Shown here one piece after another: positions 25,385 through 37,162 of a DNA stretch of 43,252 nucleotides. How positions within the stretch are numbered: the stretch's first letter is position 1; each line of letters starts with the position of its first letter. A program made the position numbers and the translations under genes. The stretch covers positions 1-43,252 of the forward strand of contig JYFJ02003341.1 of assembly GCA_000934665.2 (NCBI GenBank), written 5' to 3'. The stretch comes from Catajapyx aquilonaris. Lineage: Eukaryota. The notes beneath the pieces were generated by a model, which saw only the letters and a program-made list of their open reading frames with translations, searched no databases and had not been told where the DNA came from.

Positions 25385-26813
25385 TCACTGCATAGTCTCG
25401 GAGTAGTCTCGGTTATTAGTATCGGAGTAGTCGTGGGTAGTACCAGAGTAGTCGTGGGTAGTACCAGAGTGTGTGCCACCAGTCATGGAGGAGCTGTAGC
25501 TATTCCTGCAGATGTAGCCATTCTTCTCATAAGGCGCGGGGTATGCTGCAGCATGTTTCTTGTAGGGACGCCATGTGCGTCGTTTGGACTGCCTCTCGTG
25601 ATTCTTTTCGAGTAATGTCTTTGGATGCTGGAAGTAGGTGGTATCAGGCATCTCTCTGCATTCTCCATGGTACCTAGAGAAAGGGGTTTGATTTTGACCT
25701 TGTCTGTCCGGAGACACACTGTGCTTCTTCCTGAAAATACAGGGTGTTCCAAGTGATATGTGATGTGAGATTAATAATTTGTGTTTATCGCTGTAAGTAT
25801 GACTTCTTAAAGTCCCAATTGTTGCTTACTTCAGATTGATATTCACTAATGATCTGGTTTCACTGTCACTGTCTACGGAACTCTTTCTGACGTGAAGTGT
25901 AGAGAGGGCAGCATTCATATGGGCCTTCTCCTGGGAAAGTTTTTCCTCATAGGCCACCCAGTCCGGGAGTTCCTTGTTGTACTTGTTCCATGGGTGCTTA
26001 TGCTCGAGGGTGGGCTTTTCAAGGTTGAATTCTGGCAATGGTTCATAACCAGGGCAGGCAAATAATATTGAATTGCGAGTATTATCAGGGATGGCTCGAT
26101 AGGTGTAAAACTCTGCTCTGCTCATTTTGCTAGGGGTTGCCCTACAAGTCTGCTTCCTGAAGAAATAGATATTATCATAGAATCAAGTGTCAAGAGTTAG
26201 AACTAATTTGGCTTACTGTGCATCACCCGCTTGATAGCAGTTATTGTAATAATTCATGGGGTTCATATTGTAATTTTCCAGCTCTCTTTCATATTGTTTC
26301 ATCCAGTTCTTATTGGTATTAAAACTTTCCAGCTCACGTTCATACTGATTGATCATATTTTTGGTATCATAATATTTGCCGAGGTCCTTAGGAACACCTG
26401 GGAGGTGGTTACATAATGACATCAGCATTGTTGTCAATATTAAGCAAGGTAAAATGTGCAATGTTTAAAAAAAATTTGCTGCCACAATATTATGTTGATT
26501 TGTAACCGAAATAATTACCGTAACTACTCTGTGTCAAATTCCGGGATCCAATTTGACCCATGCCTGGTTGGCTGGAGACGTTCGCAGGGCAGGTCACAGG
26601 TCGCTTGGGATGGCCACAGGTCCCAGGAAATGGGCAGGGTGGCCACAACTGCTGATCACTGTAGAATTGGCATTTTTGACCCAGGGAAGAACGAGACTTC
26701 CTTGAGTTCCTGATGACACTGGCCAGAGGGTTGTCCCAGCTGCCTTCCATGTCCGAGTGGTACCTCCTGGCAGCTTGTGTTAAGCTTGTGGCAGGGCGTT
26801 CAAATGTTGCCAT
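25385..26813 (-). CDS. Uncharacterised 4-exon gene (382 aa), no recognisable domain
   Basis: Exons 26813-26519, 26397-26217, 26156-25830, 25730-25385; donors gtaatt/gtaagc/gtaagc, acceptors all cag; phases 1,2,2 join four separate ORFs into one 1149 nt frame. Confidence 0.75.
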
Positions 26814-27250
26814 ACTGATGGTTCTTGGTGTGTTTTGCCGGTTGATTTTGTAAAGAATTACATGAGAGTCAGTTGGGAGCTCTCTTTAATGCACCATGTC
26901 CGTAGAGGTGGGGACAAATTTTATTATGGGAGTTTCTCTGACAACTACATTGTTTGTTGGGGATCAATATTGTTGTGAACTTTTTTGAAGAGTAAAGAGT
27001 AAACAGTTTGTAACAAATCTTAATCACTGTGAATAACATCAGCCCTCATTTGCATGCACCATGCAGAAGGCTACTTATTACGCATCAGTTGTGATTCACC
27101 GATTACAAAAGGCAGCATGATTACAACCTGATTATGAGTAGCAGAGATGTGTGGACATAATACTGAACACTAAACTATGTGTGACCTTTGCCATGATCTG
27201 ACTACTCACTGTCAGATCAGGGTCAGCTTATTTTCTTACTGAAAGGCATT

Positions 27251-28641
27251 ATGGGCTTTTGGTTTGGAATTGAGGTGTACTTCATGGCTTATTTTGCGTT
27301 TGGTAAGTTTTATAGTTTCAATTAGTGCAAGAAATTAACACGTGTAAAGTAACACTTGGTATTTGCATTTGGTTTTGCAGTGCCTGTGGGACTGACACAT
27401 TGAGCTAAAATTTACAGTACCATACCACTTTGAAAAATAATTAGGGTACCTTTGTCTCTCTCCATGCAGATATGTACACTGTAAATGCAACATCAAGATG
27501 GATTAATTGGACTGACTACAGTGACGTACACCTCAAGTGTGACATGACTGCGTCAGATGTTGATCTGCTCAAGAATGGAATGGAGCAAAAGCAGGTATGA
27601 CACGCACGTGTTGGCATAAATACGTAATTCCAATACACTTCATATTGATACACGCAGGACCTGCTCAAGAGTGTCATTGACATATGGGAATGGGAAGGCC
27701 ACGAAGGGCAGTATACAGTCGGACACACTCATGCTCATTATACTAATCTAACTGCATTGTAAGTAACATTATATTTATCATATTTATTGCGATAAACATC
27801 AATGATTAACAATCAAATATGTGTTTCAGGCATACCTGTTGCTGTGATCCAAAGGTGTGACCAGCCAAGGCAATCAAACATGTTGTATAATACTGTAATT
27901 AAAACTAAACTAATGTGAACAGTGCATTAGTGTTGTCGATGTAATAATGTACAGCACAATAAATTATTACTGGCCTAAATAACAATGACTGGTGTTGACT
28001 ACGTAACGTTGGTAACATCATCTTACTATTCTCAGCAACATTTCTGACCAAGCACATCATTGCAATCGAGGCTAAGTGCTATGTCCGCAATACGGTAGGG
28101 ACATTAGTATTTAAATCATTTTGAATATGCTCGTCGTAATACTAATTTTTAAAATGGCATTTTGACAACAAAGGATAGCAGAACAACCATCCTCCGAGGA
28201 TGATGCCTCAGGGAAACAAGTACATTACGACGATACCACTGCCACTCTCTTGGAAATACTTGTGCCTGGCATTGCCCTATTGGTTATTGTAAGTGAAATG
28301 TCTTACTTTAGAAATGACTGGCAGTAACACTGTTACTGAATCGTTCATCATCAGGTGCTAGGTATGGGGGCATACGTTTATCGATCGAAGCTTCGTGATG
28401 CTTGCCAAGCGTATTTCAATTTCTGTGGTTGCCAAAAAGTAGGAGATCCCGACACCAGCACTTCTGACAATTCAGGTGAGCTCCTCTTGATAAAATAATT
28501 ATTGCTTCATAGGATCGTAATAATCATTATAAAAACATGTATAATAATTAATTATATTACATGTTCTGTTGCGTGATAATGATCTTGCTCTTTGTTGTCA
28601 TTTTAGAATCACCTACACCAAAAGAGGTAGAGCCAGCTTGA
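27251..28641 (+). pseudogene. Degenerate C-type-lectin-like transmembrane gene
   Basis: Same exon phase pattern as the lectin paralogs: leader MGFWFGIEVYFMAYFAF, NWTDYSDVHLKCD, TM LLEILVPGIALLVI|VLGMGAYVY, tail ending EVEPA*. CTLD motifs are eroded and the linking exon has TAA at 28073-28075 in the expected frame. Confidence 0.45.
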
Positions 28642-29131
28642 CATTGTAGTGTTGCATCATCCAGATGGCTGTAGGCAATATTTTCATCATGTTCCTCGAC
28701 AGGAAGTAGACACCAGCACCTATAGTTTCACACTATTAATAATTTGTATGAAAGTTCACACCCAGAATAAGTTAATAACTGCCTGTGTTGTTTCAGTGTC
28801 TTCTAAAGACAATAAAGGAAAATTTGTGTACAATAGTTAATTCTTTAAAATGCCATTTATTATTTAATTAGTGATGTTTTTCCTAGTATTTCCTTATTTG
28901 ATAAGGTGTCTTATCATTGCAATGTTCACAGCCTGCAATCAGACAGCTTACATGATAATGGTAGTTTGTTTTACTGTTGTCCTGCGTAAAAGGTCATATG
29001 GTGGACTGGACAGCTCACAAGTGACCAATAGTGGTTTAACTACTTATCTAAAGTAAATTATTTGTGGTCCACACCCTCTTTTCTCCAAGTCGATTTCAAC
29101 ACTAGCATTATATGTTGACTAGCTAACAGAT

Positions 29132-31002
29132 ATGAATATGTTTTCGTACAAGAAGTGCTACATTCTCTTAGCTGTCTTGGCCCGTAAGTGTCTAAGCATG
29201 GCAACAATAGCATTAATTGTCTTTTAGTCCTGAATGATTGTCTTTCAGACGCTCATGATGTGGCAGAAAACCAGGTTTGGAAGCCTGGTCCGACCCCAAC
29301 GCATTTCTACATGTTCTCAGACCAGGCCTTGCCTTGGAAAGAGGCAAGTCTGGAATGCCAAAATAAAGGGGCCTCCTTAGTCATCATAGGATCACCAACA
29401 GAGCTGGTGAGTTCAACAACAATGCAAGGTATAAACTGCTCTAATCGAAACTACCAACAGAATTGGCTGCAGCAATGGCTGCCAGAGGTCAATAACAATC
29501 GGTCAACATGGGTTGGACTGACCTTGGAGGACAGGCAATGGCGATGGATTGACGCTCGGCCACTCAACACGCAAATTCTGTGAGTGGTACTCATTACACG
29601 ATATCACAAAAGTGCTATAATAGCCACATTGTTGCAGGAAATTTTCACCAGAGGACAAGCAACAAGCAGCGGATTGTGGAGAGTATGTGAAAGACAGTGG
29701 TACTATTGCACACGCACCATGCGAGGACATCAAGTGTTTCATATGCCAATCAGATGGTCAGTTACAACTGTGTTCATATTGTAGAAAAATTTTGGTTTGT
29801 TCTAAGTACAAATTAAATCAGAATAATTTAATTTAACCCAATAACGAAATATTTGACAACTTCAGCTAGGAGTAACAGTCCAAAATTAACTGCTAGTAAC
29901 TTATGGGGAAAAATCCATTGCAAAAATCACATGCTGTTACAGACATTTTAATCACGTTTCAGGATTTCAGCCTAAATGGAATTCAGGAAAGTTGGCCTGG
30001 ATGGATGCTTACGGTAACTGCACCATGGCTGGAGAGAATTTGATGAGCATCAGTTCATTACGTCATAAGGTAATCACATGAATGCGAGTTAGACTTGACT
30101 TGCGTAAATGTGAACCTCTAATTAAATTACAGAAAGCACTGCTTGACTCGGCCACAAGAGGCCAACATTCCAACTGTGAGAGGGCTTGGATTGGACTGGT
30201 GAATGTTCGTGGATCATGGAAGTGGGTTGATCAACGCCAGCTGGATTTGCGCCTTATGTAAGTCTAGCATGCATCATTATTTTGTGAAAAATTGTTGTAT
30301 GATTTGAGAGTATTGTTACAACCAGTAATTTCAAAATATACTTGACATCCTTCGCCTATTTTGTTTTAGGCAATGGGAAAAGGCTCAGTCGGAAATAGAA
30401 GAGAGCAAATGTGCCAAAACCAAGCGAGGGCAATACTTGTACAACTCCCTGTGCACACAGACGAGACCTTTTGTGTGCGAAAAGATATTTCCAGATTCTG
30501 CAAATGAAACAGAACGTAAGTATTTGTTTATATTATTACAGTCAAGTATTAGACGATTTAGGCTACTGCCTTGAAACAGTCACAAAACCTGAAAATAATA
30601 TCACATCATCATCATTTGAATTTCTAATTTTAAATTAATGTTTTCCTATGCAGCGGCAGAGAGTAAACGCGATTCAAGAGCCATAATGACAGGTGCAATT
30701 GTTGTAGTAATCTTAGCTGCAGTGATAGGTGCAGCGGTGTGTCTGTACATAAAGGTAGGTACACTTCTGTATGTATAACTTAAAAGGGGCCAATAACAAT
30801 ATTAACTTAATACAGTTTTAATTAATCGAAGCATAAGAAAACACTTGCCAAGAAAAAACCAGAGGCATCTGCGGAACAACACCTTGGTGTTCATTATTCC
30901 GTAAGTGTCCGCAGCTTTTTGTTGATGTTTCCGCCAGTGGGTTTAATTATTAATTTCATTCACTCTCAGAACATTGATGGAAATGAGAAGGAAGAGGGCT
31001 GA
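29132..31002 (+). CDS. Transmembrane C-type lectin 6 (2 CTLDs, TM, tail with VHYSNI)
   Basis: MNMFSYKKCYILLAVLA; LPWKEASLECQNKGASLVII; TWVGLTLEDRQWRWID; HAPCEDIKCFIC; AWMDAYGNC; AWIGLVNVRGSWKWVD; LCTQTRPFVCEK; TM IMTGAIVVVILAAVIGAAVCLYI; stop 31000-31002. Confidence 0.85.
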
Positions 31003-31416
31003 CCCTTCGCTGCTCTATTTAGGAAAAATGAAGAGGAGCGCATATCATCACTTTGAGTTTGCATACTCAACTTGTTTGTGGACCATCTGAGCAACAATCA
31101 AGATCAACGAAGAGAAGAATTTTGCAGTGTCCACTTATTGTAGAATGGTACATTTTGATCAAAAGTGAAAGGACTGATTCTGAAATATAATATGTATTTC
31201 AATGTTAAAAAGTGAGGATAAGCCGGGATAAGCATTATACTTGCACTTTGCTTCATTAACCACTAACTAGTATCGTCAAGGTCGACGGGTATGGCGGTCA
31301 CAGGTGACTACAGGTGGTAATTTAATTGTATTTCATCTCTAATTCATGTGATTACATTTTGAATGACATGTAAAATAAGCTCATCAATATGTGACTAATG
31401 GAACAGACTTATAGTA

Positions 31417-31759
31417 CAGTGCTGGACACATTAGCCGTTGCTGAATGGTTTTTTTCCGTCGGCGACGGCGCTGCATTACCTGGCAACCCCGTGTCCCTGT
31501 CCGGCGGGCCAATTCAAACATCAGCATGTGGAGAGCGCTTCCATTGTTGCCACTGTTTACAAATCGAGTGAGTGACGCGGACGACCCAGCGACAGGTCTC
31601 GTCTGCCTGCGCACTCACTCACTCGATTTGTAAACAGTGGCAACAATGGAAGCACTCTCCATGGGCTGATGATTGAATTGGCCCGCCGGACAGGGTTGCC
31701 AGGTAACGCCGCCGCCGCCGGAAAAAAACATTCAGCGACGGATAATATGTCCAGCACTG
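31417..31759. mobile_element. Tc1/mariner-type MITE, family A copy 2
   Basis: TA-cagtgctggac...gtccagcactg-TA; near-identical arms to 13291-13688, opposite orientation of the central spacer. Confidence 0.9.
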
Positions 31760-32752
31760 TACGGTAGTGATTGAGTATTAAAAACACTTGTGCAATATTT
31801 TCCATCCCTGTCATGTTGACATTATTGTGGAATTGCTATATTATTACCATAAAAACTATTTGGTTATACTGTATAAAGAACCGGTTTTTCTCACATGCAA
31901 GTAAAGATTCATTTTTTTATTTTCTGTCCAGCTTCAGATTTTACATGATTGTATTTAGGCCTAATTATTTTGCATTTGGAGTTGGAACTGCTTCCATTGA
32001 TTGTCACTTGTTTGTTGTCTGTTTCAAAACCTGGATTGCTCGCTGGGAGTATCACCAAGTGTGTCATGCAATTAAAATATATCCTGCAACAATTTGGCAA
32101 TCTGAACCAGACACATCGTACTAGAACTGTGATGTTGGCACTGTCGCCAACATGCCCATCTCCAAATGCAAAATTCTCCACTCTGAGTTGGTTAAAAAAA
32201 AAAAAAAAACCATCCAAATCACTGTTGCGTTATCAACCTTTAAAAAAAATGCTACTCAACAACAGCATCACACAATTGTTGTAGTCATTAATGTTGCCCT
32301 AGGTTGCCGGAACAGTAGGCCTACTGCTCTCAGGTGGTGGCGCCTTGTTGCTCCAAATATCACTTTTGCTTGCCTGGCTTCTTTAAATACATTTTTCCAT
32401 CTGGATATTTGTACGAGTATATTAAAAACATTTAACCCAAAAATCTATGGACATTGCTTGTTACCAAAAGGTTTTCAGGTACCTACCACAAAAAAGAATT
32501 TCATCCGTATATCCTTTCCACATATTTGTCCTCTTGCTTATTTTAACGATCACGTCACACTGCCACCAATACTGGCATTTAAGATGTGAGTATGTGCAAT
32601 CTCTTAAAAATTCATTACTCTGAATTTGAACATCAACAAAACAATCACACCATTCACATACTCACAAAGCTCAGCCTTTTCTAAACAAAAAAAAGAGGAA
32701 GAAAACCTGTTCATATTGATGGTCACCAACTGTTGTTTGTTCTGTCTTCAGG

Positions 32753-33337
32753 TTAGGATAATGATATTGTCTTCTGCCTCTTTGATGGGTGAGAAGATGA
32801 GTCAGAGTCGGATTCGGACTCACGTGAGTAGCTGAAGTCCGATTCAGTCTTGATGTGCACGCCACCAATGGACCCACTGTTGCTGCCGTTGCCAAAGCCG
32901 GCCATGGAATCCGGTGCTTCACTGGCTGCTGCCACTGCAAAATTGCCAGTAGCCCTGGCCTGGACTGGACCAGCGATGGACTCGATCTGACTCGCCAGTT
33001 TGGAGTTTTGCACCTTGAGATTATCAATGTCCTGCTGATGCGCCGAGTTCTTCCTCCGCATGAACTGTATGTAATCAGCCGCCTTCTTGAGAATCTGTGC
33101 CCGACTGGCCTTACTCTCACCTTTCAAAGCAGGTACGGAGTCCCGCAGGCTGGAGAAGCTGTCCTTGATGTGATCCCGCCTCTTCCTCTCCAACGCATTG
33201 TGGTGGGCCCGCTTATCCGCCTTCAAATGCTGCGGCACAAATCCATCCTGCGGTGATCCTCCCGGCTCACTGTCCATCATCAGGAAGTCATCACCATCAT
33301 CGCTGTCCATGTCCAGGTCCCTCTCAAAGTCGCTCAT
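32753..33337 (-). CDS. Max: Max (Myc-associated factor X) bHLH-Zip protein, single coding exon, 194 aa
   Basis: [69 protein letters not shown]; acidic N-terminus MSD..., basic C-terminal PSKRQK. Confidence 0.95.
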   Translation of the reverse strand: MSDFERDLDMDSDDGDDFLMMDSEPGGSPQDGFVPQHLKADKRAHHNALERKRRDHIKDSFSSLRDSVPALKGESKASRAQILKKAADYIQFMRRKNSAHQQDIDNLKVQNSKLASQIESIAGPVQARATGNFAVAAASEAPDSMAGFGNGSNSGSIGGVHIKTESDFSYSRESESDSDSSSHPSKRQKTISLS

Positions 33338-33904
33338 CTTACCGTCACTTCTATTGAAACCAAAATTAGTGGTGGAAATGCAACAGGAGTGTGATACACT
33401 TGTACCCACCGTGGTCCAGTCCTTGACTAACACTCCTATCCCAGCCTTATGCAGACGGCTTGCTCACTTTTTATCTCAGAAACTCCTTTCCAAGACATGT
33501 GTCTTTGGCCATGTTGTATGCCATGTTGTAGCCATGTGTGGCGATTGGACAAAAATCGCTGAACAGTTATAAAGTGCTGCTATTTTTTTAAATATATATA
33601 TGATCTTCAGTTGATCGTAATGTGAGATTTTAATCGTCAGTGATCTGTATGTTTCAGTAATGTACGGTAGCGTACATTTCAGTTTTAAAGAGCACTTGTT
33701 GTTTAAACGAAGTGTTGATACAAAAATAGCAATAGCAGTTAAAGCTGCTTTTGAAAAATAGCTGTTAATTCCATCGCTACCACAAGCGAAACGGGGCGAA
33801 CCTGGTGGAGGATTACTGAAGCTGCGTCTACAAGCCTTGTATCGATGTATCGGTGCGATTTTTTTTTTCAAAAAGTTTATTTATTTATACCGAATCAGCG
33901 CTTT

Positions 33905-34387
33905 ATATTAGGGGGGTGGAGTACCACCATTGGATGGGGCCAAGGATAGTAAATAATAAGTAAATAATAAATCTTACCCCGTTATCAGCCTTTTTCGGCT
34001 CTTTAGGGGGGATTTTTGTTTTGTCTGGAACTCTTATTGCGTACCTACATTTTTACTTTGCTTTTTTGGGATAGGATAGGGAAGTAAGGAGGCGGCTGTG
34101 GCCTATTAATTTAGGAAACAACTCCGGAATTCTCCTGGAGGGACCGTGGGAAACCACACGGTTAGAGTTGCCGGCCCCGGGGCTCGAACCCAGGACCTCC
34201 CGATTAGCAGTCGGACCCTATGTAGCCACTCCACCAAACTGCTTCGGTGATGGGGCCAAGGATAGGGAAGGACGGAAGCGGCTGTGGCCTATTATACGAA
34301 AACGACCCCGGAATTCTCCTGGGGGGACCATGTAAAACCACGGTCAGGGTTGCCTGCCCCAGGATTCGAACCCAGGACCTCCCGATT
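33905..34387 (-). mobile_element. Host SINE (5'-truncated head), split by the nested copy
   Basis: Reverse of 34249-34387 reads aatcgggaggtcctgggttcgaatcc...ggccacagccgcttcc...ctatccttgg and continues past the TSD at 33933. Confidence 0.75.
33950..34248 (-). mobile_element. tRNA-derived SINE nested in an older related SINE
   Basis: Close match to 18820-19093; 17 bp TSD gatggggccaaggatag at 33933-33949 and 34249-34265. Confidence 0.88.
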
Positions 34388-34759
34388 GAATTATATCAAT
34401 ATCGATACCGAATAAGCACATGCGAACTGACATGACAGTGATGAGTTGCGCTTGATATGAATGATATCATGTCAAATCGTCCAACAAACAACGGTTGAAC
34501 TTTCAAATATCATTGTTTGACTTAACTGACATGGCATAAATAATAATTTTATCATAGAAAGGTACAAAGGTGTGCAAAATGGCGTGGGAGTCAACATTCT
34601 GTTAGCAGTTTTATGTAGATAAGAGTATACACTTTCTTGGTACTGCACATCATACCATGCAATATGATTTAAAGATAGTGACACTTGCATTAGTGGCGCT
34701 AAATTATTGAAGAAATTGTTAGAATGTGAGAGACAACTTGTGCAATAGTTCATTACTTA

Positions 34760-36745
34760 ATGGATTGCTCCTGGTCGTTTGTTTGTGTCCTCGCTGGGAT
34801 ACTCACAGGTACGTACAGTATACATTGCGCGAGTGCACGTTAAAGATCCCCAGAGTGGCCAAATTTCCAGGATCTGCATTATGTTGTACTTGTACATTGT
34901 TGGTTTGAACGTCATTAATACCATATATGATTGACAGGTAGATGCACATCACACGAGTGGGTAATGCGAAATGAAACAATATCAACGTACATGTTCAGCA
35001 CCCAACCGTTGTCCTGGTCGGACGCGAAAATATTCTGTGACGAGAGTGACAGCAGTCTACTAGTAGTCAAGTCAAAAAAGGAACAGGTCACTTTGTCAAA
35101 ATATTATGTAGGCTACATCTTGAAACTATCAGCACTTGATCAAGGTGAAAAGCTAACTTCACCTTGATCGAGTGATGATTGTTATAGTAGAGCCAGGATA
35201 CCGTTAGTGAAACATTACCTTCACTATGTTCATTAAAATAATAGCGCTGTATTTACAGAAATGGTTGCAGGAAAAGTTAAAAGGGCGTAGCCAGCCTAAT
35301 ATTTGGTGGATTGGACTGACCTACGATGAAGAAGAAGCAAATTGGGAATGGACTGATGGACACGTTCTTGATACTGACATTTCGTATGGTACATTTTTTT
35401 AAACAATAGGAACACAACATACACTATGCTTATTGTTGCAGCACATGGGACCAGTGGGAGCCTGACAATGGAGCTGTAGGACAAGAATGTGTCGCGTATG
35501 TCAGAGGAAACGTGGATTTGAATGACGATCATTGCACGACCAAAAAATGCTTCATTTGTTATACTGGTACAGTACATCCTTTCACTGTGTAACAATCAGT
35601 TTGGACTAATTGTTACTGCATTTGTTGCAGGTCATGATGCCTTACTGAGACTACCAGTGCCGTTTAATTACGAGACAGTAGAATTTCATCAAACCAAAGT
35701 GGACTGGAAACGTGCTTTCAATATTTGTAGAAACAAGGGTTGGTCTCTTCTTAAGATTGGCTCCTATCTTGAAAAAGTGAGTAACAATATTTGAAAAGTA
35801 CGACAATTGCAGTACATGTAAACATGACGTTTTTTAAAAGGGAGTGTTAGATTACTACATATTATATGATGAGAGTGAGTGTAGATCATGGTGGCTGGAC
35901 AAAGACAAAAAGACAGCTTCAAGATGGAAATGGACTAACCCGACTCTTGACCAGTCGCAGTAAGTTCATTGGATTAGAATCATAAATATTTGAACACAGG
36001 TAGTTTTTGACAAAATTGCATCATCTTGAAAAATATTCATCCTTATGATTTTATTTTTCAGATTATATTCGCAACCTGGTTCAAAAAGTGAATATGCAAA
36101 TGAGAATTGCGCTGCAATACAAAACGGATTTCTGGGAGATTATAACTGTAGAGAAAAATTGCCTTTCATATGTAAACGAGAATTTACTCCCAGGTTATCT
36201 CAGGATATGCCAACACACGAGATAGGTATAATTATTGTCAGATTTTTAAAAAGGCCCAATTTTGACAGTAATTTGGTGCACCATGCAGGCCTATAATATT
36301 GTTATGGTGGGTTAGAGCTCTAGACGCTAGAGTTTGCCTAAATTCCACTAGAGAAAATTAAATGAATATGAAATTTATGCTCACATTATTTGCTGGTTTT
36401 GAAAACGTTTTGTAAACGTCTGGCCTGCATATACAGTATAACATAATTATAGTAATTATTGTTTCTCCCGTACAGAATTTTCGACATTTATTACGAACTT
36501 ATTTATTCATCTAATATTTGGGATAATTATTTGCACAGCTGTAATTTGTATTGGAGTAGGGATATCAGTACTTCTTATGGTAAGTTTACAAAATCCCCTA
36601 TACTGTCCACTTACAATGCTAACGAGGACTATTTTATTCACAGAAAATGTATTATACTACACGTTTTTATTCGTTTATGAAAGGGATCAGAGGACACCAC
36701 AAAAGCTCAGTTGACACTACCAGCGATGCATCAGAGTCCTCCTAA
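34760..36745 (+). CDS. Transmembrane C-type lectin 7 (2 CTLDs, TM)
   Basis: MDCSWSFVCVLAGILTG; LSWSDAKIFCDESDSSLLVV; WWIGLTYDEEEANWEWTDG; WEPDNG...LNDDHC...KCFIC; DALLRLPVPF; YYILYDESEC; NCAAIQNGFLGDYNCREKLPFICK; TM LIFGIIICTAVICIGVGISVLLM; stop 36743-36745. Confidence 0.88.
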
Positions 36746-37162
36746 GCAGCTTGCCTGTCTGAGCAATTATTTTGCTCATCTGGTATTTCATTTCAAACTT
36801 GCAAACTCTGGTTGATCTCATTGTTTAATAAATAATAATAAGAAAAGTTTTTACATGCTCCCAGAAATTATATTCTTGAGAACCGAAATCATGTCCATGC
36901 AATAACTTCTGTTAAAATAATTTCGGCTAAATGTATCTTGCAGCACTGTGGCAAGGCGAGGATATTTTCTCCTTACCTTCACCTTATTGCCATAGGGGCT
37001 AGGGTGGAGGTTCCCCCCCAAAAAATTTGACTGTTTATATAGAGATTGGAGTAACACTGGGGAAAATGTACCAACAGATGTTAGAAATGAAACATTTATG
37101 TTTGCCTCTCTGTAGCTTTTCATATAGTAAAGCTCACTACTTTCCGAACGCCACTATCATTG

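Noticed and set aside
25395..25470. 21 bp tandem repeat as a CRISPR-like array
   Set aside because: No unique spacers, eukaryotic context, and it encodes the heptad repeat of the orphan gene.
31771..32589. Cluster of 100-145 aa ORFs downstream of Max
   Set aside because: AT-rich, cross homopolymer runs, no motifs or splice pattern; more likely Max 3' UTR or intergenic DNA.
34400..34407. DRE (TATCGATA) as Max promoter element
   Set aside because: Single 8-mer about 1 kb upstream, next to SINE sequence, with no start-site evidence.
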